Of a DNA stretch of 64,000 bases, positions 50,656 through 60,805 are shown piece after piece; the stretch's first letter is position 1; the number at the start of each line of letters is the position of its first letter. The stretch spans positions 1 to 64,000 of IMG/VR virus record IMGVR_UViG_3300048592_001371. One strand, 5' to 3'. Below the pieces are notes generated by a model. It had not been told where the DNA came from, did no database searches, and saw only the letters and a program-made list of their open reading frames with translations. Both the position numbers and the translations under genes were made by a program. The DNA is from a virus.

Positions 50656-51074
50656 AGGTAACATTCAGGACGGAGAAGGTATTTGAGTTGAACAACGAGG
50701 TCATAAAATTCATACTGTTGTCCTATGTCGAACTCCTGGATAGAAGTTTGTCCGGTATGGGAATTCCCTTCGCGAATACCGACGACGTTCTCATGGCTAC
50801 GAACGAAAAAGGGGACTTGACCGGCTGTATTGTGCTGAGGAAAACGAACGACGCCATCCCTACCTACTGGGTGATCCTAACGGCTGTGAAGCAAGAGTTC
50901 CGTGGTAAGGGACTGCATAAGCAAATGCACAGTCGCCTAGATGCGATTGCTCGGGCCAACGGCATCCAGTACATCTCATCCTACGTCTCTCCGAACAACA
51001 AGGAAAGCTTGAGGGCGTATGAGAAATTCGGCGCAGAACAGTCTATGATAAAGATCAACCGGAAGGTCTCGTAA
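50652..51074 (+). CDS. GNAT acyltransferase 2
   Basis: V..EFRGKGL; N..SLRAYEKFG. Confidence 0.85.
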   Translation: MKVTFRTEKVFELNNEVIKFILLSYVELLDRSLSGMGIPFANTDDVLMATNEKGDLTGCIVLRKTNDAIPTYWVILTAVKQEFRGKGLHKQMHSRLDAIARANGIQYISSYVSPNNKESLRAYEKFGAEQSMIKINRKVS

Positions 51075-52540
51075 TGCTGTTAGAGAACGTCGACTTGCTA
51101 ATCGTTAGCGATTTCGCCAATCCCATCTACAAGTCACGCTACAGCGGTCCATACGTTCTCGCCTCCTACCTTCGCAGATTGGGTCTGCGCGTTCAGATAG
51201 TTGATTACATCTCCGAATTCTCGGACGAACAACTGCGGGATATCGTAGACGTTTGTGTCGGGAAGAATACCAAGGCCGTTGGCATTTCTGACACCTTCAG
51301 TTACTTCCAGACACACATGAACGCCAATCGAGTGAATGAGTTCACGATAGCGGGTTGGCCTTTCCTACGAGAGGAGCGGATCAAGGCCTTTGTCGCTAGA
51401 ATCAAGGGTATCAACCCCGATACGCAGATCATCATGGGTGGTGCTAAGTCGACGCGCTTCGATCAACCCGTTCCCTACGTAGACGTTCTATTCAGAGGAT
51501 TTTCCGAAGCGTCCCTAGCAAAGTATCTGATGTCCCGTCACCTGGGTTTGAACAGTTCGTCCTTCGTCGAGGAGCTTCCGATAGATGATTGGATAGACAC
51601 GGTCACTCATATGAGTCCGGAAGACAACCCCTTGGTCAACGAAACCGTTCCTTTGGAAATCTCCCGCGGATGCATATTCAACTGTAAATACTGTTCATAC
51701 CCACGTAAGGGAGCGAAGGACTTCGATTACATCAAGACGGAGGAATCGCTCTACCAAACGCTCTTTACGAACTACTCGGAGTTCGGCATTCGTCGCTACA
51801 TGCTGACGGATGATACGCACAACGATTCGATGTTCAAGCTTGAGCGCTTGCATCGCGTCACTCAACGGCTTCCCTTCAAGATCGAGTATAGCTCGTACAT
51901 CCGAGTCGACTTGCTTCACCGCTATCCTGAGATGATAGACCTGTTGAAAGAGATAGGTCTGAAAGGAGCGATGATGGGGATAGAAACCTTGAATTGGGAA
52001 ACGGGCAAGATAATCGGCAAAGGATTGCAGCCTAAGAAAACGATTGAAACGCTCCAGCTCTTACGTGAGAAGTGGGGCGACACGATCGGTACCCAAGGTA
52101 TGTTCATTCTTGGTTTGCCGCGCCAATCATACAAGGATGCTATCGCGATGTGTGAACGCATAAGCGCAGAAGACTTCCCATTGCATGAGGCACTATTCTT
52201 CCCTCTGTATTTCTTGACCCAGGCTCGCGTCAAGTCGGCTTTCGATATGGACTACGAAAGTTTCGGGTACAAGGTAGAGGGAAAAACGTGGGTCAACGAT
52301 CAAGGGATGACGTCCGAACAGGCAACAAAGCTGGCTAGGTATTACACGAACAAGAACAGAAAGAGCGGGCGTGAGAAGTTCGGTGGCAATCTGCCATTAC
52401 AGCTAGCCAATAGCGGATATGTCGTCGACGACTTGATAGGGAAACCGTTGGGCTCGTTTTTCGAGTCTGAGGAAGCAAAGGGACGCACTACTGAATATGT
52501 GCGTCGATACAAACGAAAACTTTTTGACGTAGAGGAATGA
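51074..52540 (+). CDS. cobalamin-dependent radical SAM enzyme 2
   Basis: Same architecture; SRGCIFNCKYC. Confidence 0.88.
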   Translation: MLLENVDLLIVSDFANPIYKSRYSGPYVLASYLRRLGLRVQIVDYISEFSDEQLRDIVDVCVGKNTKAVGISDTFSYFQTHMNANRVNEFTIAGWPFLREERIKAFVARIKGINPDTQIIMGGAKSTRFDQPVPYVDVLFRGFSEASLAKYLMSRHLGLNSSSFVEELPIDDWIDTVTHMSPEDNPLVNETVPLEISRGCIFNCKYCSYPRKGAKDFDYIKTEESLYQTLFTNYSEFGIRRYMLTDDTHNDSMFKLERLHRVTQRLPFKIEYSSYIRVDLLHRYPEMIDLLKEIGLKGAMMGIETLNWETGKIIGKGLQPKKTIETLQLLREKWGDTIGTQGMFILGLPRQSYKDAIAMCERISAEDFPLHEALFFPLYFLTQARVKSAFDMDYESFGYKVEGKTWVNDQGMTSEQATKLARYYTNKNRKSGREKFGGNLPLQLANSGYVVDDLIGKPLGSFFESEEAKGRTTEYVRRYKRKLFDVEE

Positions 52541-52541
52541 C

Positions 52542-52976
52542 ATGGAACTAAAAATCCATAGTATTTCCATCATGCGCGTGTCAAACGATGTGCTGTCATT
52601 CATCCTTCGTACAATGGCCGATTTGGTAGAGGACGGACACTCGGGAAGAGGAATCGCTGTTACCAATGCGGACCACGTAGTCGTAGCAAGGCGTTCTGAC
52701 AATGGCGAACTCGTAGGAGTGCTTGTCTACGTAATAAATAGGCCGAAGGATTTGCTGTGGGTAAATCACGCCGCCGTCAAAGAGCAATATCGCGGACAGG
52801 GGATACATCGAAAGATGCATGCGATGCTCAAAGACATCGCCCGAAAGGAGAATGTCTACGAAGTTGGTTCCTACGTCTCTATTGAAAACAGGGCGAGTGT
52901 AGGGGCGCACAGCAAACGACCCGGCGTCAAGTTCCCAATGATGCGAGTATCCGTGCCCGTTACAGAGGACAAGTAA
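52542..52976 (+). CDS. GNAT acyltransferase 3
   Basis: V..QYRGQGI; paralogous to the other two. Confidence 0.8.
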   Translation: MELKIHSISIMRVSNDVLSFILRTMADLVEDGHSGRGIAVTNADHVVVARRSDNGELVGVLVYVINRPKDLLWVNHAAVKEQYRGQGIHRKMHAMLKDIARKENVYEVGSYVSIENRASVGAHSKRPGVKFPMMRVSVPVTEDK

Positions 52977-53602
52977 TGAAACAATTCCGACGATTTTGGT
53001 TCTGCGTTGATCTACGCGACAATACTGTGCTGTATCTGGAGCACGACTTCGGTCACAATCAGCCTCCTGGAATAGACCCGGAGGCAAACGTCTTCCCTCT
53101 TGCGGGTATGTTCCCGACCGATTTTACACCGGCGACGTGTGCGAAATTCGAGTACGTCGATGGGGCACAAGTAGCATTGAAGAAGGAGAAGCTAACCCAG
53201 CGCCAAAGTCTGTTGCGCCAAAAATACGTAGCTTTGGCAAAGATCATGAAAGTGGTCTACTGGGGCAGAACGAAGGTCAACAAAGGTTGGCTGCAGCAGG
53301 ACGCCGTCTACAAAATGAAGTTGGACGCGGCTGTTGCCTATCTCAACAAAGAAGAGAATCCTCCGGGCCTAGCAATGCTGCAACATGAAGCCGATTTGCG
53401 GAAAACGACCGTCTATGCGATGGCGAAAGCAATAACCATCGCGGCGCAGGATAACGAGCGCATCCTGATCGACACGGAGAACTTTCGTCAGGAGTGGACT
53501 CAAAAAATCCGAGCTTGCTCAAGTCTGCTAGAGCTGCAGCAAGTGATGGATACTCTCCGCAGCGAAAGCTACATTCCGGTCACTATGGGGTTCCTGCAAT
53601 GA
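52976..53602 (+). CDS. fibre-assembly-like helical protein, paralog B
   Basis: QQDAVYKMK..A...ML..EA...TENFRQ..I pattern. Confidence 0.6.
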   Translation: MKQFRRFWFCVDLRDNTVLYLEHDFGHNQPPGIDPEANVFPLAGMFPTDFTPATCAKFEYVDGAQVALKKEKLTQRQSLLRQKYVALAKIMKVVYWGRTKVNKGWLQQDAVYKMKLDAAVAYLNKEENPPGLAMLQHEADLRKTTVYAMAKAITIAAQDNERILIDTENFRQEWTQKIRACSSLLELQQVMDTLRSESYIPVTMGFLQ

Positions 53603-54621
53603 AATTCCTCGTCTTCCAACCAATGCCGAATACGGCGCACAAAGGACTGGCCCAGACACAGGTGGTGATAGGGAACTGCAATTCTCCGATCTCTCGTCTG
53701 AACCGATTCAAGACAGGGGACGTGCTCGATTACAAGTGCGTCTACCCAATCTTGGATTTGCGGACGGATATCAAAATGGCGGATCCGTTCGCCGAGTTCG
53801 ACGCGGCAATGTTGGCCGCGGCCGGTCGTATTCGAGACTTCTCCGAGAAGAACAATGTTCCTGTTCACGTGATGTGGAGCGGCGGTCTAGACAGCACCTG
53901 TGCCTTGGTAGCCCTTGTTCGGGCTGGCGTCCGACCGGTTGTGTTCTTGCATGGATATTCGATCCACGAGAACCCAACAATGTTCTACCAATTCGTCAAG
54001 GACTACGAAGTAGCACACGTCCGAGACACGGACAGGCTGTTCTCCGGGGCCGTTGTTATGGGTGAAGCCGGGGATCAACTCTTTGGTTCGGACATGATGA
54101 TCAAAATGCACAGGCGAGACCTGTTCGCTCCGAATTGGAAGGACTCGATCATCAACAATCTGAAAGAACGCGGACGCAGTCTTCTGGATACATTCTTGCC
54201 TATAGTGGATGAATGTCCACGACAGATCGAGTGTGCGGCCGATTTCTTTTGGTGGTGGAACTTCTCGCAGAAGTCTCAAGCGGTAGCTCTGCGCTACTTG
54301 ATAAACGCGAAGGATCCGGCGGACGCGGCCACGCGCTGGAGCCCTATCTTCATGGACAAGCAAATCCAGGAATGGTCGTTGAACGCACCGAGAGAGGCAA
54401 AGATCGATCCAAGCGTTGGCGTACCTAGCTACAAGCTGGCCATTCGTCGGTTCATTTCCAAGTACGCCAGCCCAGATTATGTACTGCCTTCGAAGATAGG
54501 TAGTTTGTATCGGACAATGATCATCTCGCAGCACAAACACCCCGCACTCGATGAGAACTATAACAAGGTGTCTGCGCTCGATGTCGACAAGCAACTACAC
54601 GTGAATTGGAGCTTCGCCTAA
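53599..54621 (+). CDS. asparagine synthetase-like (synthetase domain only) ligase
   Basis: WSGGLDST PP-loop, GEAGDQLFG, PIFMD...EW; no glutaminase domain; ATGA-coupled start. Confidence 0.78.
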   Translation: MKFLVFQPMPNTAHKGLAQTQVVIGNCNSPISRLNRFKTGDVLDYKCVYPILDLRTDIKMADPFAEFDAAMLAAAGRIRDFSEKNNVPVHVMWSGGLDSTCALVALVRAGVRPVVFLHGYSIHENPTMFYQFVKDYEVAHVRDTDRLFSGAVVMGEAGDQLFGSDMMIKMHRRDLFAPNWKDSIINNLKERGRSLLDTFLPIVDECPRQIECAADFFWWWNFSQKSQAVALRYLINAKDPADAATRWSPIFMDKQIQEWSLNAPREAKIDPSVGVPSYKLAIRRFISKYASPDYVLPSKIGSLYRTMIISQHKHPALDENYNKVSALDVDKQLHVNWSFA

Positions 54622-56078
54622 TGCTGTTGGAGAACGTTGATCTACTGATCCTTAATGAGTTCTCTGATCCGTACTTCAAAGTGAGGTACTCGGGACCTTA
54701 CGTGCTTGCTTCGTACCTGCGTAATCGAGGATACCGTGTTCAAATACTCGACTATGTTTCGCATTTCACGGATGCTCAGTTGGTAAAGGCGCTACGAGTA
54801 TGCGTCGGCCCGAAAACGTTGGCTGTTGGCCTAGCCGGAACCTTCACGGTTTCCTTGAAGGCGACGTATTCGGCCAAGGATACGCCGGAGGCACGTACTG
54901 GATGGCCACTATGTCAGCCACGGCGCATCGACTTGTTCCTCGACACTGTACGGTCTATCAACCCAGAGACAAAGATCATCATGGGTGGGCATAGACACGG
55001 GTATGACTACCCGAGAGACGTGGACACCCTGTTCTTGGGGTTTTCCGAGGTATCTCTGTTCAATTACCTCGAGACTCTAAGAATAAACAACAGCTGGGTT
55101 CCCAAAGTCGTCCAGGAAGAAAAGCAAGAGGGTTGGAACAGAGACGTTTTTCTGTACTCGGAGGAGGACAACATCCTTCCCGGCGAGACGCTGCCTCTTG
55201 AGATTTCTCGCGGTTGTATTTTCAACTGCAAGTATTGCACGTATCCAAGACGCGGGGCGAAGGATTTCACCTACGTCAAAGACGAGGATGTGATACGTAC
55301 TCAACTGTCACACAACTATGACAAGTTCGGGGTTCTGAATTACACGCTGACGGATGACACACACAACGACACTGAAGAAAAACTGAAACGTCTCATTCGT
55401 GTTCAGAAGGAGTTGGGCATTCAAATACGCTATTCGGCGTATGCTCGTCTGGACCTCATTCATACCTTCCCACACACCGCGGACCTTCTATTCCAGGCCG
55501 GTATGCGTGGTCCCATGTTTGGCATCGAGACGCTGAATTGGGAAGCCGGGAAGATGATTGGCAAGGGCTTGCACCCAGACAAAGTCCGTGCGACATTGCA
55601 CCGACTACGCGCAGAATGGGGAGACGAAGTAGGCACGGAGGGGATGTTCATTCTCGGCTTGCCTAAGCAAAGTCGGTTAGACATGGTACGAATGGCCAAG
55701 GAACTGATGGATCCTTCGTTCCCTTTGCATTACGTGATTTTCTACGCCCTGATCATACAACCGTTGAAGGAAGACTCGGCCTTCAATCGAGAACCCGAGA
55801 AGTTTGGGTACGATACTTCAGTCAAAGCGGCGGGGAACTGGGTACGTGATGATGGTTTTACTGCTGACGAAGCGCGGCAGATGCAAATACTCTATACCAA
55901 TCAGATGATCGAGACGCAGCGAAACAAGTTTGGTGGTGTTCTACCGTTCTTGGTATCGAACGGTGGACGCTCTCTGCAAAGCATGATTGGAAAGCCATTG
56001 GAGTTGTCGCAGCGTGATTACATTGACGCGACACGCTACATGGAACGTTATCTAGCCAAGGTGTTTTCGGAGGACTAA
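54621..56078 (+). CDS. cobalamin-dependent radical SAM enzyme 3
   Basis: MLLENVDLL start by TAATG overlap; SRGCIFNCKYC. Confidence 0.88.
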   Translation: MLLENVDLLILNEFSDPYFKVRYSGPYVLASYLRNRGYRVQILDYVSHFTDAQLVKALRVCVGPKTLAVGLAGTFTVSLKATYSAKDTPEARTGWPLCQPRRIDLFLDTVRSINPETKIIMGGHRHGYDYPRDVDTLFLGFSEVSLFNYLETLRINNSWVPKVVQEEKQEGWNRDVFLYSEEDNILPGETLPLEISRGCIFNCKYCTYPRRGAKDFTYVKDEDVIRTQLSHNYDKFGVLNYTLTDDTHNDTEEKLKRLIRVQKELGIQIRYSAYARLDLIHTFPHTADLLFQAGMRGPMFGIETLNWEAGKMIGKGLHPDKVRATLHRLRAEWGDEVGTEGMFILGLPKQSRLDMVRMAKELMDPSFPLHYVIFYALIIQPLKEDSAFNREPEKFGYDTSVKAAGNWVRDDGFTADEARQMQILYTNQMIETQRNKFGGVLPFLVSNGGRSLQSMIGKPLELSQRDYIDATRYMERYLAKVFSED

Positions 56079-56942
56079 ATGTATTGGAACAGGTTGTTTG
56101 ACGACGTGGTTGACTTCACCCAGCATCGGTATTACTCACAGTTCGAGAATCTGAAATCCACGAACCCGCAGAATTTTCGCTGCGACCCACTAGCCCCGAG
56201 TCCTGTTCTTTTCTTGGGTTCCTGTGACATGGGTGGTCCTGTCAATAACGCAGACGAAGTGTGGCCGCGACGCGTGTATAGAAAACTATGTGAGTCGCAG
56301 GGGCGGTTCCCGTACATGGCTTTGTCCAAGATCAGCTCTGGACTAGAAGCCACGTTGCGTCGACTGTACATCTACTGCGAACTCGTAGGTCCGCCGAAAG
56401 TGCTCTATATGGTCATGCCTCGGCCAGTAAGCATTGAAATTCCTGTGAAGCGGTCGATGACAGATCCTCTCGTTGGAGTAACGGACATAGAGCGATACTT
56501 GACGTTCCTCGGCAAACTCCCAACAATCACAACCGAAGAGGTGTTCCTCTTCAAGAAGATTTCTGAGGTACTGATCGGTTTGTCTGAGAATGAGTCGTAC
56601 CAACTGTACCAGTTTGAAAAAGGGACCGCCTTCTTGCAGACGCTCTGTCGTTTGCACAATATCGAGTTACGCTGGACGCCCAATCTTAGTGCCACTGCCA
56701 TAGAGTACTACGCCAAATACTTTTCTCTGTTCCTGAGGGAGAATGATTTCATGCGGCAGACGTGTCTGGGTGTTGGCAAGGCTCTGGATTTCTCAGGCGA
56801 CGGATCTGTGGGCGACGAGACACAGGGCGTTATCGCTAATCTGATGCTGGATGGCAAACCCGGTGAATTTTCTCTAGACGCAACAAAGAAGCAGCTGGTC
56901 GAGAACTTGGAATTCAAACGCACAACCCTGGAGGAAAAATGA
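56079..56942 (+). CDS. hypothetical protein (possible SGNH-like fold)
   Basis: VLFLGSC..G..W...L pattern weakly resembles SGNH block I. Confidence 0.45.
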   Translation: MYWNRLFDDVVDFTQHRYYSQFENLKSTNPQNFRCDPLAPSPVLFLGSCDMGGPVNNADEVWPRRVYRKLCESQGRFPYMALSKISSGLEATLRRLYIYCELVGPPKVLYMVMPRPVSIEIPVKRSMTDPLVGVTDIERYLTFLGKLPTITTEEVFLFKKISEVLIGLSENESYQLYQFEKGTAFLQTLCRLHNIELRWTPNLSATAIEYYAKYFSLFLRENDFMRQTCLGVGKALDFSGDGSVGDETQGVIANLMLDGKPGEFSLDATKKQLVENLEFKRTTLEEK

Positions 56943-57547
56943 TACCACTACACGTAGCAAATCTCAATACACGGGACTATGTCCATGGCACGTCTATCAT
57001 GACAGGGCTGACGCGCTTCCTACTAGAAAATCACGATACCGTAACGGAATTCACCTTCCGTCTGTACAAGAAGCTCCTGACTTTGCCGCTACTGAGCATT
57101 ACCGAGAAACAGGTCGACAATCCAAAGGACTACGTCGCTACGGGTTCCTTCATGGGAAACGGCTCGCAATGGTTCTTCCAAATTCAGCCTTCAGTCCTTC
57201 CCGTGGAGCACGTTCTGCACATTGACGAGTCCGCTCTAGTAAATAGGATAGAACTGAGAGGAGACAGGTACGTCATAGACGTTGAAGAAAAAGACGACGT
57301 CTTTGTCACCTGGAATGCCATATCAAAGACGCACAACCTGAGAGTGTTCAGCGAGCTCGGCGTGACAAAGCCGGGTGGCCAGACATGGCTAACAGGACAA
57401 ACATTCAAAGACTTGTCCTTCTTGAGAACTCGGCCTGCGACATTGGGAAATTCGGTCGCGTTTCAGAGACTGTCCGAGCGCTGTATCAAACATGACATGT
57501 ACTACGACGAGGCAATAGTCGGAGACAAGACTATAGTCTATGCCTAA
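56939..57547 (+). CDS. hypothetical protein
   Basis: GGAGG SD, ATGA overlap; RDYVHG motif. Confidence 0.6.
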   Translation: MIPLHVANLNTRDYVHGTSIMTGLTRFLLENHDTVTEFTFRLYKKLLTLPLLSITEKQVDNPKDYVATGSFMGNGSQWFFQIQPSVLPVEHVLHIDESALVNRIELRGDRYVIDVEEKDDVFVTWNAISKTHNLRVFSELGVTKPGGQTWLTGQTFKDLSFLRTRPATLGNSVAFQRLSERCIKHDMYYDEAIVGDKTIVYA

Positions 57548-57556
57548 GGGGACATA

Positions 57557-58165
57557 ATGCTGCAACTTGCTATCGATGTGACGGATGGTACGGTCATATA
57601 TGCCTTACCGGATGCGTACCGAATCTGCATGCCCAAATTGCGGACATGGATAGAAAACATCATACTCGATGTTCGGCTTCCCAAGGATTTCCCGATACGC
57701 GCATTAGGTTCACAGAATTTTGTCCGTATAGGGCTGGAAATTCAACGACGGGTGGATAGCGTCCCGGAAGCAGCTATGCTTCTGAATCTGAAATACCACT
57801 CCGTGGACAAAGTGAACATGCTGGTTAATGGACATCGCTTTGCAACGATGAACAAGTTGCTGTTGCAACCACGAGTGTACGAGCTAAAAATAGCGGAGGC
57901 TGAAGCCGTATTGAAGTCGGGCTCCAGTTTGGAGCCCGTAGAAAACGCGCCTATGCTGATAGAGGAAGCAAAAGCGCGGGGCCTATCTGTACGAGATGTT
58001 GCCAAGACTGTTCTACTGGCCAGAGACGATCAGGACGACATGCTGAAAAGGACGGAAGGTATGCGAATATCCGCCACTATTCGCATCTCCGAGGCAAAAA
58101 CACCGCAAGAGGTTTTCGAGATAATGTCGGGCTTCGAGGAAAGTTTCCACAACCGAGGCCTATGA
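57557..58165 (+). CDS. fibre-assembly-like helical protein, paralog C
   Basis: QPRVYELK.AEA...PML.EEA..RG. Confidence 0.6.
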   Translation: MLQLAIDVTDGTVIYALPDAYRICMPKLRTWIENIILDVRLPKDFPIRALGSQNFVRIGLEIQRRVDSVPEAAMLLNLKYHSVDKVNMLVNGHRFATMNKLLLQPRVYELKIAEAEAVLKSGSSLEPVENAPMLIEEAKARGLSVRDVAKTVLLARDDQDDMLKRTEGMRISATIRISEAKTPQEVFEIMSGFEESFHNRGL

Positions 58166-59169
58166 TGAGACCGTTGATCTACATAGGTACTCCTAGATAT
58201 CGAAACAGGGTTTTGCGTACTCTGTACCAAGTTCTGCATATCGACGTACCGATGTCTCGTTGTGCTTATCAGGAGTGCAACGTCGTCCCAGTCAGTCATG
58301 CTTTCCCTTTGATGTCCGAACATCGAATAGCGCCGTGTGCCCAGCCGCTTTATGAATTAGAACGCTTGGTCCTAGACAGGGCGACACAGCTTGTGTCGGA
58401 ATCGTCTCAGACGGGAAGGCCCATTTGCGTTAAATACTCCGGTGGTCTGGATAGTATGTTGGCACTCCTGGCCTTCGAACGAATTTCCGCAGAATACAAA
58501 GTCTTCCTGACGCCCAACTCCATCAAAGAAAATCCCACCGTCTTCAAAAAGTTCATTGCCCATCGTGAGTATTTTCACGCGAACGACCCTTCTGTCTTTG
58601 ACGGGCTCGTGATAACAGGAGACGGAGGGGATGCTCTATTTCTAGACGCTATCGTTAAAGGGCCGCAGATGAGGCATGGCGATGCGGTATTGGACTGGGA
58701 CTGGAAAGACGGTTTCGTGAAGGGTATGTGGGGCACGCCAGAAGAGAACAAGTTTGTCTTGGGACTACTAGAGCCGGCGATGCACGATTGTCCCTGGCCA
58801 GTGAAGACGGTTCGGGACTTCTTCGCTTGGACTGGCCTAGCGATCTTCTACCAACCGGAAGTATTGCGTTGGCTTCCTACACTACAGGATCCAAAGAAGA
58901 ACTGGCCTTGGGTCCGGCCGTTCTTTGCAACGAAGGAATTCGTGGAGTGGTCTCTTGGGCAAGAGCCGAAAATCAAGTATCCAAGTACGTCTGACTACAA
59001 ACCAACATTCCGAAAACTGTGTGAGAAATTTTCGGGACTGGATCTATCGGACATGAGGAAAGACTTCTCGCTAGGTAAGACGAGGGGTGCTGCTCCTATG
59101 GTGGTAGGCGTGATGGAAGACTTGACACACGTCACCACCGAAGGAATCGAAAAACTGGTAAAGGAATGA
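58162..59169 (+). CDS. asparagine synthetase-like ligase
   Basis: YSGGLDS, TGDGGDALF, RPFF..EF.EWS. Confidence 0.78.
   Translation: MMRPLIYIGTPRYRNRVLRTLYQVLHIDVPMSRCAYQECNVVPVSHAFPLMSEHRIAPCAQPLYELERLVLDRATQLVSESSQTGRPICVKYSGGLDSMLALLAFERISAEYKVFLTPNSIKENPTVFKKFIAHREYFHANDPSVFDGLVITGDGGDALFLDAIVKGPQMRHGDAVLDWDWKDGFVKGMWGTPEENKFVLGLLEPAMHDCPWPVKTVRDFFAWTGLAIFYQPEVLRWLPTLQDPKKNWPWVRPFFATKEFVEWSLGQEPKIKYPSTSDYKPTFRKLCEKFSGLDLSDMRKDFSLGKTRGAAPMVVGVMEDLTHVTTEGIEKLVKE
58810..58853 (+). repeat. 44-bp exact direct repeat, copy 1
   Basis: GTTCGGGACTTCTTCGCTTGGACTGGCCTAGCGATCTTCTACCA, identical to 60443-60486. Confidence 0.9.
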
Positions 59170-59801
59170 ATATGGGCGCTCCGAATCTCTATCAACTCGC
59201 GGTTGATACACACGACAATACCATCATCTATGCGATGCCGGAAAGTTATCGGTTGTCCCTGCCAGATTTGAGAACCTGGGTGGAGAACAAACTGTTCTAC
59301 GGAAGCTTGCCTGAAGGCTTTCCAATACGCAATCTGGATAGTCAAAAGTTTGTGCTATCTGAGGGAAAGGTCCTAGCACGGAAGGACGAGGTTCGGGAAG
59401 GTGTCGCTTTGCTGAACGTGAAGTATTGGGCGATCGATCAGGTTCTAATGATCATCAACGGACAACGCTTCGCGGTAACAAACAAGCTGTTGATGCAGGA
59501 TAGGATATACGAGGCAAAGGTCGAGGAAGCGCGTCTGATTCTGGCAAGACAAGACGAGGAGCTCAGGAAGTCACACTTTGAGACATCTTGTCCTATGCTG
59601 TATGCTGAGTCCGAGGACAAAGGACTGAGTCTAAACGTCGTAGCAAAAACAGTGATGGTAGCATACGAAGAACAAATGTCTCGCTTGAAGAAAACGGAGA
59701 TCATGCGAATGGCGATAACGAACAAAATCGCCAATGCCGAGACAGAGGAACAAGTTCGGGCTCTGTTGAAGGACGTCAAACTCTATTTCTACACGAGATG
59801 A
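59166..59801 (+). CDS. fibre-assembly-like helical protein, paralog D
   Basis: Clear paralog of 57557..58165 (QLA.D..D.T.IYA.P..YR...P.LRTW.EN). Confidence 0.6.
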   Translation: MNMGAPNLYQLAVDTHDNTIIYAMPESYRLSLPDLRTWVENKLFYGSLPEGFPIRNLDSQKFVLSEGKVLARKDEVREGVALLNVKYWAIDQVLMIINGQRFAVTNKLLMQDRIYEAKVEEARLILARQDEELRKSHFETSCPMLYAESEDKGLSLNVVAKTVMVAYEEQMSRLKKTEIMRMAITNKIANAETEEQVRALLKDVKLYFYTR

Positions 59802-60805
59802 AACTCCTCAGCTACCACAACAATCCGATGTTCAAGAACAGGACGTTGAATACATTCTTCAACGTGCTCAACGTCGAGGCACCTATGTCTAGGTGTTCTT
59901 ACCAAGGATGCAATGTCCTACCTGTTCATCACTTGTTGCCTCCAATGTCGGAGTATGCAATACGTGTCGTTTCGCAGCCGGGTGCCGAGCTGGAGACGAT
60001 AGTCGAAGCAAGGGTGCGCGAGCTGGTCAACGAAGCACGCCAATTTGATCTGCCAATTCACCTCAAGTACTCTGGTGGTTTGGACAGCCTGCTCGTGCTG
60101 CTCATGTTACATAGGTGTGACGCGGATTTCGTTGTCTATCTGACTCCCGATTCCATCAAAGAGAACCAAGACGTATTCAAGAGATATGTCTCGAACCGAG
60201 ATTTCAAACACGTCAATTGTCCTAGTCTGTTCGACGGACTGATAATTTCAGGAGACGGGGCCGATGCTCTGTTCATAGACATGCTGGCAACAAGCGTAGT
60301 TTCCAAACACGGAGAGACGTCCTTGGATTGGAAATGGGAAGAAGGCTTTGTGAAAGGCATGTACGGAACGGAACAAGAGAACAACGAAGTGCTCGAATTG
60401 CTCTTTCCCGCTCTCGACGAATGTCCTTGGGAGGTAGAGACAGTTCGGGACTTCTTCGCTTGGACTGGCCTAGCGATCTTCTACCAGCACGAGACGTATC
60501 GTTGGCTTCCGACCATGCCTAATCCGGCAGAGAATTTCGCGCGCTTCCGACCGTTCTTTCCAACGAAGGATTTCGTCGAATGGTCTTTGGGACAGGAAAC
60601 GAAGGCCAAGTTTCCGAGCTTCACCGATTACAAACCGGCATTTAGGAAGCTGTGCGAAAAGCTAACGGGTCTTGACTTTTCCTACATGCGGAAAGACTTT
60701 TCGCTGTGGAAGACCGTAGCAGGTAATCGTCTGCATCCCGGTGTCAAAGATGATCTCTCGATTGCAACTATCGAAGAAATAGAACAGGCCGCTATCTATC
60801 CATGA
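59798..60805 (+). CDS. asparagine synthetase-like ligase
   Basis: YSGGLDS, SGDGADALF; same length (335 aa) as its paralog 58162..59169. Confidence 0.78.
   Translation: MKLLSYHNNPMFKNRTLNTFFNVLNVEAPMSRCSYQGCNVLPVHHLLPPMSEYAIRVVSQPGAELETIVEARVRELVNEARQFDLPIHLKYSGGLDSLLVLLMLHRCDADFVVYLTPDSIKENQDVFKRYVSNRDFKHVNCPSLFDGLIISGDGADALFIDMLATSVVSKHGETSLDWKWEEGFVKGMYGTEQENNEVLELLFPALDECPWEVETVRDFFAWTGLAIFYQHETYRWLPTMPNPAENFARFRPFFPTKDFVEWSLGQETKAKFPSFTDYKPAFRKLCEKLTGLDFSYMRKDFSLWKTVAGNRLHPGVKDDLSIATIEEIEQAAIYP
60443..60486 (+). repeat. 44-bp exact direct repeat, copy 2
   Basis: Identical to 58810-58853. Confidence 0.9.

Noticed and set aside
46536-60805. PP-loop enzymes as QueC of a 7-deazaguanine DNA modification pathway
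   Set aside because: No QueC zinc-binding Cys cluster and no folE/queD/queE/dpdA nearby; GD/GE..D.LF motifs fit the AsnB family better
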